A stretch of 64,000 bases of DNA from Octopus vulgaris (lineage: Eukaryota). The notes beneath the pieces are model-generated. The model was not told the DNA's origin, made no database searches, and saw only the letters and a program-made list of their open reading frames with translations. Below are positions 1 through 11,862 of this stretch, one piece after another. Each line of letters opens with the position of its first letter. Position 1 is the first letter of the stretch. A program made the position numbers and the translations under genes. The DNA lies in the NCBI GenBank assembly GCA_951406725.2, contig OX597829.1:42408001-42472000 (forward strand), written 5' to 3'.

Positions 1-135
1 AGTCGTAACTTGCGACAGAATTTCTGGATATTTCCATGCGATTAGAAAGCAAGCTTCTTACCACGACCACCTCCGACCATTAAAGCCATTAAAGCTCTCT
101 TTTTTTTATTCTCTCTCTGTTTATTTTCTCGTGTG

Positions 136-172
136 CCTTTCTGTTTAAGAGCGTAGGCTCGCAATGTAAAAG
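136..172 (+). other. Degenerate hammerhead-like motif in a Penelope-like repeat remnant
   Basis: CTTT-CTGTTTA-A-GAGCgtagGCTC-GCAA-TGTA-AAAG; a decayed version of the better copies at 51689 and 50208. Confidence 0.4.
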
Positions 173-877
173 ACTTCCTCACCTTCCCGAGAGTTAAACT
201 ACTACACCTGTTCCTGTTTATACACCTGTCTATGTGGTTTTTTTTTTGTAAATTCCAACACACACACATACACACACACATTGTATATATACATATGGTG
301 GCACGCCGCTCGCTGGCTGAGCATTCAATATTCCCTATGATCGCAAGGCCTTCCTATCGGGAAGTGTATTGCTACAGAACAAAACGCGCCACGCAGTCTG
401 ACAATCCAACATACGATGTATTAATCCATGAGAACCAGCTCACGAGCCTTCACACATACATACACACACACTCGCGCGCGCGCGTAATTTCCTAGACCCC
501 TGAGAGCCTGAATTACCACTGACTCTAAAAGATTGACTGGTGAACAAAGTCTTGGAAACCTCTGCACCTGTGAGAGAGGTGTCAGTGATTTAGTATATAT
601 TTAAAAAAAGTCAATCTTTACACCGCTTTTGTTACAGTTATTCGTTTTGCTTGCACTTCTTTCTATATATCGATATATTTTTATTATTTAAAATGCATTT
701 TATTTCTGAAATATATTTATTACACCTACCTAAAGAGTTTAAGTCCACACGAAAACAAAACAAACAAAATGCCCAGCGAGTGGAAAGTTACGTAAGTGTA
801 TAGTCAAAGTATACACACACCTATGAATATACATACGAACAAACACAAACAAAGGCAAGTGCGTACTGAGACGCAAA

Positions 878-931
<54 letters not shown>

Positions 932-940
932 CCTATCTAT

Positions 941-1109
941 TATTATTTTTTGTTCTTCTTTTTCCCTTTTACGATCCCTTTTGATCGAAAACCTACGCCA
1001 CCTTTTTTTTTGTTTCTTTTGTTTTTTCTTTTTTCATCCCCCAAAAGAAAAGCTCTACCTTGTAACTTGTCCCATCTGTGTGCAGCCCTGTGTGGCCAAT
1101 AAAGAAACT
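941..1109 (+). mobile_element. 5'-truncated LINE 3' UTR fragment embedded in (TATC)n
   Basis: Similar to 10840-10989 (ACGATCCCTTTTGATCGAAAACC...AAAGCTCTACCTTGTA...GCAGCCCTGTGTGG.AATAAAGAAAC); (TATC)n on both sides. Confidence 0.7.
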
Positions 1110-1127
1110 TATCTATCTATCTATCCA

Positions 1128-1162
<35 letters not shown>

Positions 1163-1278
1163 ATCTATCTATCTACCTACCTTCCTACCTATCTATCTTT
1201 TTCTCTATATATATGTGTATGTGTGTGTTTGTGTGTGTATATAAGTATATATATGTGTGTGTGTATATGTATGTATAC

Positions 1279-1359
<81 letters not shown>

Positions 1360-1783
1360 CACGTATGTATATGTGCACACATACACACACATGCGCGCGC
1401 GCACGTATCTATGTGTGAATAGCTAGATTAAGACAAAGTCCAAGAAAATGAATAAGCGAAATTAACAGTTTGAAGATGAAAAAAAAAGAAATTTCGGCCC
1501 ATGTCATCTTAGAAAAGAAAACAAAGCAAAACGAAGAACAACAACATTAATTAAAACGATAGTAATTAAAATGACGACGTTAATGATAATGAGAGAATGA
1601 GAGCAACAAATTCTTAAAAAATGTAGAGGAAACTAAACGAAGAAATACCACCATCTTAGGAATATAAACGCATATACATCCGCACAGCTGACACAAATGC
1701 ATTCAACATAAAAAAATCGCACTCGTGCAAGACACATAGACATATATACGTATGTGTGTGTGTATGTCTATATGCATGTGTTC

Positions 1784-1906
<123 letters not shown>

Positions 1907-2298
1907 CATACATAAGTACGTACTTATGTATGCATGTATATATGGTGTTTAAATACTAGAAACTTATCCGGAAATTGTCACGTGTCAGATTTGATTTAAT
2001 AACAGCGCAGAAGTGAATACAGGCATCACTCAAACATGTATACACACACAAACGCACAGGTGTGTGTATGTATTTGTAGCTGTGTGTGTGTGTGTGTGCG
2101 TATGTTTATTTCTGTGTTTGTATCGTGCACACGCACTTAGAGAGCCAGGCACCGTGCGCACGCATATACACATATACACTCATACACGTGTTCATATGTG
2201 GAAGACATGTTTGATTTGTATGTTTATAACTAAGTGTATGTGTTCATCTAAAATTTCGCGACAAATTTTGGACTCTGGACCGACTATGAAGACACAGT

Positions 2299-2674
2299 GG
2301 AGGCGCAATGGCCCAGTGGTTAGGACAGCGGACTCGCGGTCGTAGGATCGCGGTTTCGATTTCCAGACCGGGCATTGTGAGTGTTTATTGAGCGAAAACA
2401 CAGCTTCACAAGGCTCCTGCAGGGGGGGGGGGTGAACCCTGCTCAACTCTTTCACCACAACTTTCTCTCACTCTTTCTTCCTGTTTCTGTTGTACCTGTA
2501 TTTCAAAGGGCCAGCTTTGTCACACTCTGTGTCACGCTGAATCTCCTCGAGAACTACGTTAAGGGTACACGTGTCTGTGGAAAGCTCAGCCACTTGCACG
2601 TTAATTCCACGAGCAAGCTGTTTCGTTGATCGTATCAGCTGGGACCCTCATCGTCGTAACCGACGGAGTGCTCC
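2299..2674 (+). mobile_element. tRNA-derived SINE, family C (OR1-like head), full length
   Basis: A box TGGCCCAGTGG and B box GGTTTCGATTTCC; diverged TSD ACTATGAAGACACA (2283-2296) / ACTATGGAGGCACA (2678-2691); related heads at 10453, 29931 and 50029. Confidence 0.85.
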
Positions 2675-3067
2675 TATACTATGGAGGCACATTTGTTCTA
2701 GAAAATCTTTTATATAGGCCAATTCGTTATTGAGTTACTCATTTGCTTAAAGTGAGATAACTTTTGTAGTGTAAGTTCAGAGAAAAGTTGTATGCCTATG
2801 ATATTAACAGTCGTTTTAAATGTGCAGGGATTGATATAATTTATGTAAAAAGCGAAAATTAGTAAGAAAATGTCAGATGGAAAAAAAAAAAAAACCCCAT
2901 AACGTCCAAAGACTGAACTCGAAAGCGTAAACATCCTGGAAAGCAAAGGTGAGTGATTAAGTGAACGGATTTCTGTATATGTTACGAAAGAAGAGACTGA
3001 TGTGTTCGATAGGATGGAGAGAGATAGTATGGAATTGGTTATTTTGAGAAGTACGTAAACTGGTATC

Positions 3068-3118
3068 TTTTATCTTTTACATGTTTCAGTCATTGGTTGC
3101 GACCATGCTGGGGCATCG
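3068..3118 (-). mobile_element. 3' terminus of family A SINE type
   Basis: Reverse complement reads TGCCCCAGCATGGTCGCAACCAATGACTGAAACATGTAAAAGATAAAAG, matching the family A tail. Confidence 0.7.
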
Positions 3119-5110
3119 ATTTCAGCTTCTTTGCAACAACAGTCGCTGCACTTCCATCATGCTGTTCAGCCTGGATTTTATGCATGAAATCTCTAGCAAA
3201 TGTTTTGCTCTCCTTCAATACAAAATGAAACTTCTTGCGCCTCACGTCATTTTCAACGAGTATAAGCATCCGCTCGTGAGATGTTTCAAGACAGTTGGCC
3301 AGTCCAGTTGTGGTGGTTTTGTAAGAGATTTAACATTGGATCAAGCTCCGAGCTCCTTGGGCTCTGTGAAGGTAATGACGATTCACGTTTTCCTTTGAGT
3401 AGTACATCTTATTGCAAATCAGCAGCTTTCGGTTTTTTTTATTACTGTCAATTTTCTTTATTCCAGTTCAACACATTATAGCTATAAGTAACAACTAGAA
3501 GTGCTAAGGAATTTATAGTTAACACCTTGTTACGTACATTTATCTCAGATTTCACGATTGCTCGAACTCTCCTGTAAGATGCCTTCCTGAACTTCTCTTT
3601 CATAGCTGAATGCTGAATGCCAGAGCCTTCATTTATTCCGAGGTATTTGTAAGTGTGTTCCTGCTCGAGTTCTTTTACAACTGTGTCATCATATACCACC
3701 ACTGAATTTGGGGCCTTCAATTTCCCTTTCTGGAAAGTGGCTTTGGCACATTTATCGAGACCAAATTCCATCCCTATGTCATCACTGAATGCTTCCACAG
3801 TACGTAAAAGATCTTCAAGCTCATTATCGTCTTTGCCATAAAGTTTTAAGTCATCCACATAAAATAGATGGCCTATTGTTTTGTTGTAAATTTTATACTC
3901 ATACCCTGTTCTTTTAAGTTCATTTGTAACTGATATTAGGGCTATGCAGAAAATTAAAGGTGAAAGTGAGTCACCTTGGAAAATACCACAGTTGATATTA
4001 ATATTGTTTGAAATTAGTTCTCCATTAGAGTGGAATAATTGGAGATTCGTATTCTGCATTGCTGTGTTTCAGGAAGTTTGAAATTACCAGAGAAATTTTG
4101 AAGATATACAGCGATTTCAAGGTCCATGAATACAGTTTGCTGTCAAAGGTCTTTTTATAATCAATCCATGCGGAACTGAGATTTCTGCGTTTGTTATGAC
4201 AGTTCTCAAGGATCATGCGATTGAAGTAAGAGTTGGTCTTTGCACCCATATGAGCCTCGTCTACACCCTTTTTGTCCAGTGGGGAAAATATTGCTGTGTT
4301 CCATAAATTTGTATTTTCTTCACGAGGATGGATGTTAAAATGGGCTGACAGTTTTGGGGAAATTTGGTTTCTTCATTCTTCGGGAGTAGATAAGTAATAC
4401 ATCTTGCTAACCAATCAAGTGTTTTCGTAGGATCTCTCATAATTTCATTGAATAACTGGATTAACTCTTCGTGTGCTCACGGGAGCGATGCGAGTCAGAA
4501 ATTTGGTATCCTATCATTACCAGGAGATTTCCACTTATGAGCCTTCGTGAGTGTCATCCTTAGGTCTGCTATTGTGATGTCTTCCCATGCTTTTTCCGGT
4601 AAATTTTGGTAGGATCCTTCTGTGTGTCTAATCCAGTCTGCATTTTCATTGTAAGTCTTTTCATAAATTCAGATATTTTTCCAGAAGTTTTCAACTTCTT
4701 CCATGGGAGGAGATGGGGGTCTTCAACAGTTATTTTCTCCTTCCCTATTTCTCTGTAGAATGTTTTTGCATAGGATGTGAACAGCTTATTTTGCTTGTAA
4801 AACTTATTTCTCTTCTCAAAACTTCGTATTCTTTGAGCTTTTGCTCGAGCATTTTGTTTCAGTGCTTCTTTGTTGAAAATCTTGGTGAGAATCTATATTT
4901 TCTCTTCATCCCTCTCCCTTTTCTGAATCTCACATCGTTTCCACAGATTACTTCATTTAATATTGATATTTCACCTCATATTAATCCCATTCAATCTCTG
5001 TTTCAATTTTACTTCTCCAGTTTAGAATTCTTCCCAGGTTTGTATTTCTTTGTTTCTTGTTTTCAGTGGCATACAACTGGTTTCATTTGCCTCTTAGTTG
5101 CAGAAAAATA
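3119..5110 (-). mobile_element. Decayed non-LTR retrotransposon reverse transcriptase region, R4/Dong-like
   Basis: RT motifs AWIDYKK, GIFQGDSLSPLIFCIAL, HLFYVDDLKLY, FSDDIGMEFGLDKCAK, YKYLGI; upstream YNENADWI and HKWKSPGNDRIPNF; frameshifts and stops. Confidence 0.9.
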
Positions 5111-5479
5111 AGGAAAAATGTAGGGTCATATGTCTGCAGCTCTCAAAGGTAATCGATAAATTATTTTAAGGAATTAATTAGTAATAGAATTAAAAATGAA
5201 ATTCTCGATGAACAGAGGTGATCTTTGTTAACAGGCAAGGATTTATAGTAGGATTTTTAAAAGTCTTTACTAGATCTTATCAGGGAAGCATGGTCGGCTG
5301 TTATGTTTACAAATAAATAGGAAAAGTAGAAAAATATGATCGGTGTTAGCGAGCATAATTTACATAATTACTATATCTAAGGTATAGGAAGTATATATAA
5401 TTCGGGTATGTACCAATATAATGAATATAGAATGCCAAAAGAATGAAGAAAAAATAATGAATAAATGCAAAAAACAATA

Positions 5480-5682
5480 ATGATTTCAAATTTTGGCACA
5501 AGGACAGCAAGTTCGTGAGAGGGAGCAAGTCGATTACATCGGTCCCAGTACTCATTTAATCGATCTTAAACAGACGAAAGGTAAAGTCGACTTCGGTGGA
5601 ATTTGAAGTCAGAACGTGAAGACGAACGAAATGCCGCAAAGCATTTTGTCCGGCGCGAAAACAGTTCTGCCAGCTCATCGCT
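5480..5682 (-). mobile_element. Old family B-related SINE
   Basis: Diverged GAAAGGTAAAGTCGACTTCGGTGGAATTTGAAGTCAGAACG core. Confidence 0.75.
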
Positions 5683-5707
5683 TTAATACAAATATTAAAA
5701 AAATATT

Positions 5708-6158
5708 GATTTTAAATATTTTGGCACGAGGGTATCAAACTCGGAGGAGCGGGTAAATCGATTACTACAGCTAGCTGGCAGAATCGTTAGCACGCCGGGC
5801 GAAATGCGTAGCGGTATTTCGTTTGTTGCTACGTTCTGAGTTCAAATTCCGCCGAGGTCGACTTTGCCTTTCATCCTTTCGGGGTCGATAAATTAAGTAC
5901 CAGTTACGCTCTGGGGTCGATGTAATCGACTTACTCCGTTTGTCTATCCTTGTTTGTCCCCTCTATGTTTAGCCCCTTGTGGGTAATAAAGAAACGGATT
6001 ACTACATCGACTGCAGTACCGAACAAGTGTTTATATTATTGACCCCCGAAGGTTGAAAAGTAAACTCGACCTCGGCGGAATTTGAGCTCGGTGCGTAAGG
6101 ACGGACGAAAGAAATGCTGTTAAGCATTTTGTCCGGCACAGCAACGATTCTGCCGGCT
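5708..6158. mobile_element. Nested SINEs: younger family B copy (+, 5770-5996) inside an older related copy (-)
   Basis: 10-bp TSD GATTACTACA at 5760-5769 and 5997-6006; the older copy resumes after it. Confidence 0.85.
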
Positions 6159-6168
6159 ACACACACTC

Positions 6169-6199
<31 letters not shown>

Positions 6200-6571
6200 T
6201 ACACACACACACACGCACACGCACACACACACACACAAAAGTTTAAAAGTTCATTACATTGTATAAGGAGATAATAAAAGGGTTTGGAATAATTAGAGAT
6301 CGTCTATGAAAATGGGAAATTATTTCAAAGAATACTCAGTAAATTGAATTAAGTCTCGCAGAATACTGAAGGTTATGGCTTTCAAATAAAAGGTTGATGA
6401 CATGACAGATAGGGAAATGCTTCGGCTCTTATTTCGGCTAATTCAACAAGACACACTTCTTAAGCCAGTTTTTGGAGACTTCTTTTTACAAATAGCAATA
6501 TAGTTATGAACTTCTTTTATTATAATTACTACAAAAGTCAGCTAACAAAAAAAAAAAAAAGAAACACCGGT

Positions 6572-6990
6572 AACGCAGGAGTGGCTGTGTGGTAAGTAGC
6601 TTGTTTACCAACCACATGGTTCCGGGTTCAGTCCCACTGCGTGGCATCTTGGGCAAGTGTCTTCTGCTATAGCCCCGGGCCGACCAATGCCTTGTGAGTG
6701 GATTTGGTAGACGGAAACTGAAAGAAGCCTGTCGTGTATATATATATATATGTGTGTGTGTGTATATGTTTGTGTGTCTGTGTTTGTCTCCCTAGCATTG
6801 CTTGACAACCGATGCTGGTGTGTTTACGTCCCCGTCACTTAGCGGTTCGGCAAAAGAGACCGATAGAATAAGTACTGGGCTTACAAAAAGAATAAGTCCC
6901 GGGGTCGATTTGCTCGACTAAAGGCGGTGCTCCAGCATGGCCGCAGTCAAATGACTGAAACAAGTAAAAGAGTAAAAGAGTAAAAGAGTA
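6572..6990 (+). mobile_element. tRNA-derived SINE, family A (internal (TA)n(TG)n, (GTAAAAGA)n tail)
   Basis: A box TGGCTGTGTGG, B box GGTTCAGTCCC, CORE-like CTTGGGCAAGTGTCTT; near-identical copies across the window. Confidence 0.9.
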
Positions 6991-7321
6991 ACTCAATGGT
7001 ACGTAACATACCACTGAAGATGCGTGCGTACATACACACACATCCACACACATTCTCAGAGTCATAAACACATTATTGTGTGCGGGCTTAGTAATATTTA
7101 TCTGTACGTGTGTACTCATATTCCATTATTGGTTTCCAATTAACAGTTGATGCCGTTATTTGCGATAATATCTTCAATGAGATTCTTCTTCCTTTGGCAT
7201 ATCTCCAGCTAAGAAATTAGTTTTCTTTTCTTTTCTTTTTTTTTTTTTATTCAGTATTCATTATTTTTTTGTTTGTATTTTTTTCTTCTGAAATTTCTTT
7301 TGTAATTCGTAATTCAAATAT

Positions 7322-7360
<39 letters not shown>

Positions 7361-7500
7361 TATAGAAATGTGAATGATAATTTATATATTATGTGAGTGT
7401 GTGTATGCGTGTGTGTGTGTATGTGTGTGTGTATAAATATGCACATATGAATATACATGGATACACACATACACACACATACACACACATACACACACAT

Positions 7501-7534
<34 letters not shown>

Positions 7535-7608
7535 CCACACATACATATCTATATATATATACATAAATATTTATAAGTATATATATATATATATATATAT
7601 ATATGTAA

Positions 7609-7721
<113 letters not shown>

Positions 7722-8352
7722 TGTATGTATGTATGTATATATGTATGTATATATGCAAAAGAAATTATCGATTTCTGTAAGCCAAAATTACAAGATTAAC
7801 AAACGACGAAAATGTACCAAGAATATACCAAGAAAACAATAAGAAGGATAAGCGATCGCAATATAACTAGGAAAATAAAAAAAAATATACAAAAGGACAA
7901 AAAAATGAAATTTTCTGAATTACATTAAAGATCATTAATAACAATGATGAGGCATTAATGAAAGGCATTAAAAATAAATATGAAATAATATGCACACGCA
8001 CACATACACACATACATTCAGAAACATGCACAAGCATTCATTTATGGACGCATACGCACATGCACATAAAGACACACACACACACATACATACATGCATA
8101 TATATATATATATATATCCACAATATGGCGAAGGAAATGGATAAATCTTAAAAAATAAACTCTATCTCTAAGTATTATATTTGGACACACGCGAGTATAA
8201 TGAAAACGCACACTGAAATACCTACATGCATCCATACTAGCATTTGTGTGAATGTGTGTGCGTGTAGGTATACGTGTGCTTGTGTGTGTGTGTATGAGGA
8301 AGGTGTATATGAGTGCGTGTCCATGTATATGTGTGTTTCTGTATGTACATTT

Positions 8353-8390
<38 letters not shown>

Positions 8391-8450
8391 GTACTTATAA
8401 ATTTTTTTTATTTATGTCATTTTTGTTTTTGTATTTTTTTTTTTTTTCAG

Positions 8451-8552
8451 GTCACCAAAACCGGTCCTAGATCTTAAGACAGACTTAATTTCCGGCAATT
8501 TGTATGTTGATGGCAAACAATTTGGAATGAAACAAGGATTAAGTGGCGGAGA
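8451..8552 (+). CDS. Candidate isolated exon of an unidentified gene
   Basis: Long T tract plus CAG acceptor ending at 8450; only one open frame (SPKPVLDLKTDLISGNLYVDGKQFGMKQGLSGGE); possible donors at 8502 (GTATGT) or 8553 (GTATTT), both frame-symmetric. Confidence 0.35.
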
Positions 8553-8857
8553 GTATTTTGAAATAATCTCCTTTTTTTTTCATTTTCTCTTCAGTTATTC
8601 CATTATTACTTTCTTCTTTCTTTCCATTATTTCTTTATTTCTTTATTTATTTCTGTTCGTTTCTTTTCATTTCTTATTTGTTCTTTCATTGAAATCTTCT
8701 CATTTTTATCAACATTTTTCATTCATCTTTTTCATTCATCGGTTTCATAATTTCTTAAAAATCGTTCTCGCATTTTTTTATGCATTATTTTCTTCATCGT
8801 CATTATTCATATTCTTTCATTCACAATTTCTTGTTCTTTCATTCACTAACTTGTTAC

Positions 8858-9246
8858 TCTCTTTACTCTCTTTTACTTGTTTCAGTCATTTGACTGCGGC
8901 CATGCTGGAGCACCGCCTTTAGTCGAGCAACTCGACCCCGGGACTTATTCTTTGTAAGCCAAGTACTTATTCTATCGGTCTCTTTTGCCGAACCACTAAG
9001 TGACGGGGACATAAACACACCAGCATCGGTTGTCAAGCGATGCTAGGGGGACAAACACACACACATATATATATACATATATACGACAGGCTTCTTTCAG
9101 TTTCCGTCTACCAAATCCACTCACAAGGCATTGGTCGGCCCGGGGCTATAGCAGAAGACACCTGCCCAAGATGCCACACAGTGGGACTGAACCCGGAACC
9201 ATGTGGCTGGTTAGCAAGCTACTTACCACACAGCCACTCCTACGCC
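8858..9246 (-). mobile_element. Family A SINE, full length, flanked by a ~215-bp direct duplication
   Basis: Reverse complement of family A; 8642-8857 is repeated at 9269-9484. Confidence 0.9.
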
Positions 9247-9689
9247 ATACTATTTATTTATTTATTTATTTATTTATTTCTGTTCGTTTCTTTTCATTTC
9301 TTATTTGTTCTTTCATTGAAATCTTCTCATTTTCATCAACATTTTTCATTCATCTTTTTCATTCATCGGTTTCATAATTTCTTAAAAATCGTTCTCGCAT
9401 TTTTTTATGCATTATTTCCTTCATCGTCATTATTCATATTCTTTCATTCGCAATTTCTTGTTCTTTCCTTCACTAACTTGTTACGAAAATTTTTTTTCAA
9501 TATTTTCTACCATTTTCTCTATGACATCACACATTAGCAGCAATTTTAATTAGCAGTTTTGTTGTTTTAATTTTTGTGTGAATCCACTTCTTCAGCTGTT
9601 GTTGTATTATATAACCCTAGGACTGATTTGATCAAGATGATCTCTAATCAAAAACATTCCAACACATTTGATATGTAGGACAACATCTG

Positions 9690-9918
9690 TTTCTTTATTG
9701 CCCACAAGGGGCTAAACATAGAGGGGACAAACAAGGACAGACAAACGGATTAAGTCGATTACATCGACCCCAGTGCGTAACTGGTACTTAATTTATCGAC
9801 CCCTAAAGGATGAAAAGCAAAGTCGACCTCGGCGGAATTTGAACTCAGAACGCAACGCCAGACGCAATACTGCTAAGCATTTCGCCCGGTGTGCTAACGT
9901 TTCTGCCAGCTCGCCGCC
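9690..9918 (-). mobile_element. Family B SINE
   Basis: Full-length copy; GTAGGACAACATC repeated at 9675-9687 and 9958-9970 as a probable TSD. Confidence 0.9.
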
Positions 9919-10256
9919 TTAGTATATATTATCATATAGTAGTATATAACATCATTAGTAGGACAACATCATACAGCATATAACGATATATTAGGAATTG
10001 AAACAATTTTTGTTACTAGATATATTCAGCAGTTCTATAGACGAAGCAAAGGCATGTGCTCTTTCCATTTACTTGTCTCTTCAAATATCATTTTTTGTTT
10101 GCTCCAGATATTCTTTTTTGTCTCGAGGAATCTTTCATTTGTATTTCTTTACCTACCTCTGTATATTTGTCGTATATTATTTTCTCATTACACATTCCTT
10201 GCATCATTTCACATTTCGCTTCCAATGTCTTATACATACAATTACATACAAGAGTG

Positions 10257-10312
<56 letters not shown>

Positions 10313-10313
<1 letters not shown>

Positions 10314-10989
10314 GTTTAAAAAAAAGATGGGTGAATGTAGCAAGGATGGCACGTTTGAATGACGAAGCCACCTTGACTATGATTCTATGAACCGTAAAAA
10401 TTAATACAGAGAGTTGCTTATTTGCAAAAAAAAAAAAGAAATATAACATGTGTAGAGGCGCAATGGCCTAGTGGTTAGGGCAGCGGACTCGCGGTCGCAG
10501 GATCGCGGTTTCGATTCTCAGACCGGGCGTTGTGTGTGTTTATTGAGCGAAAACACCTAAAAGCTCTACGAGGCTCCGGCAGGGGGTGGTGATCCCTGCT
10601 GTACTCTTTCACCACAATGGCGGTGCCCCAGCATGGCCACAGCTCAAGAGCTGAAACTGGAAAAACAAACAAAAACAACAAATGTGACTTCATTGATCGA
10701 GGTTACCGTGGTCTTTTCCGTAGGCTTTTCTTTCCACGGGTAAACCTCACCTGTCCTCCCCTTTACACTTCATATTGATATTTCTGTGATAACGATCCCT
10801 ATTGATCAATTTTTTTCCCTTTCCCTCCCCCCTTTTTTTATTTTATTCCCCCCTTTTTTGTCCTCTTTCTTTCCCTTTACGATCCCTTTTGATCGAAAAC
10901 CAAACCCCCTTTTTTTACCCCCAAAAGAAAAGCTCTACCTTGTATTTTGTCCTGTCTGTGTGCAGCCCTGTGTGGCTAATAAAGAAACA
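10313..10989 (+). mobile_element. LINE 3' end (ORF2 C-terminus plus 3' UTR), probably L1/Tx1-like, inside (TATC)n and interrupted by a SINE
   Basis: KKRWVNVARMARLNDEATLTMIL* ending at 10390, then UTR and AATAAA; (TATC)n on both sides; second copy at 941-1109. Confidence 0.6.
10453..10681 (+). mobile_element. Chimeric SINE: family C head plus family A-type/LINE-type tail
   Basis: Follows the 2299 copy up to CTCTTTCACCACAA, then switches to TGGCGGTGCCCCAGCATGGCCACAGC...TGAAAC; ATGTG on both sides. Confidence 0.75.
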
Positions 10990-11072
<83 letters not shown>

Positions 11073-11080
11073 ATATATAT

Positions 11081-11403
11081 AATAATAAATATTAGGGAAT
11101 AAATCCAAATTTACAGGGAAAAATCAGATTTAGGATTAAATCCAATTTTATAGCAAAATATTATATAATATTAATTAGAGACAAAACCACTATTTTGCAA
11201 AACAAACAAGGAAAGACTTAATCAATACATTTTCATGTCAGTTTCAAATTATGAAACTGACTTGAAAATCGGAAATCCACCTGAAGATTGTCGATCAAGA
11301 CATGAAACAATTGTAGTGGCGTTTTTTTTACTTTTTATTAAAATTTTATGTATTGATTAAGTCTTTCCTTGTTTGTTTTGCAAAATAGTGGTTTTGTCTC
11401 TAA

Positions 11404-11416
<13 letters not shown>
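11081..11416. mobile_element. Penelope-like remnant with a 69-bp inverted repeat and an internal hammerhead motif
   Basis: Arms 11162-11230 and 11348-11416; (TA)n flanks; hammerhead at 11277-11319. Confidence 0.6.
11277..11319 (+). ncRNA. Minimal type I hammerhead ribozyme motif
   Basis: CCAC-CTGAAGA-tTGTCgatcaaGACAt-GAAA-CAATTG-TA-GTGG: stem I CCAC/GTGG, stem II TGTC/GACA, palindromic stem III, GUA triplet; stem II closing pair mismatched. Confidence 0.65.
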
Positions 11417-11453
<37 letters not shown>

Positions 11454-11665
11454 GTATATATGTATACGTATATATATAGATGAATGCATGTATGTAATCA
11501 TATGAATCCGTCTATGTATATATGTGTGTGTGTGTGTTTGTAAATGTATATGTATATCACAGATATACATATACATCACACTGTCTACCCACACCTATCT
11601 ATCTGTCAAACTGTCTGTCTATCCGTCACTCTCTCTCTTTCTCTCACTCTCTTTCTCTCTCACTC

Positions 11666-11740
<75 letters not shown>

Positions 11741-11862
11741 CAGCTGTATTGTAAGTAGTATGATTCCTAACCGCATGAGTCCGGATTCGATCCCACTGCG
11801 TGCCTCCGGCTGACCAGGGCCTTCATACTAGATTTGGTAAAACTGCCATAACATTATGCGCA

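Noticed and set aside
2299-2372. SINE heads as functional tRNA genes (also 27761, 29241, 50029, 52302, 59445)
   Set aside because: Cloverleaf stems are broken and most continue into SINE or other repeat sequence
2869-2954. Strong donor AAG|GTGAGT after a protein-like stretch (RPKTELESVNILESK)
   Set aside because: In-frame TAA immediately upstream and no acceptor
8533-8552. GLSGGE resembling an ABC transporter signature
   Set aside because: No Walker A, Q-loop or Walker B at compatible spacing; too short to assign
9030-9537. Recurrent ORFs such as RQASFSFRLPNPLTRHW and SVSVYQIHSQGIG
   Set aside because: Antisense reading of the family A SINE, not a gene family
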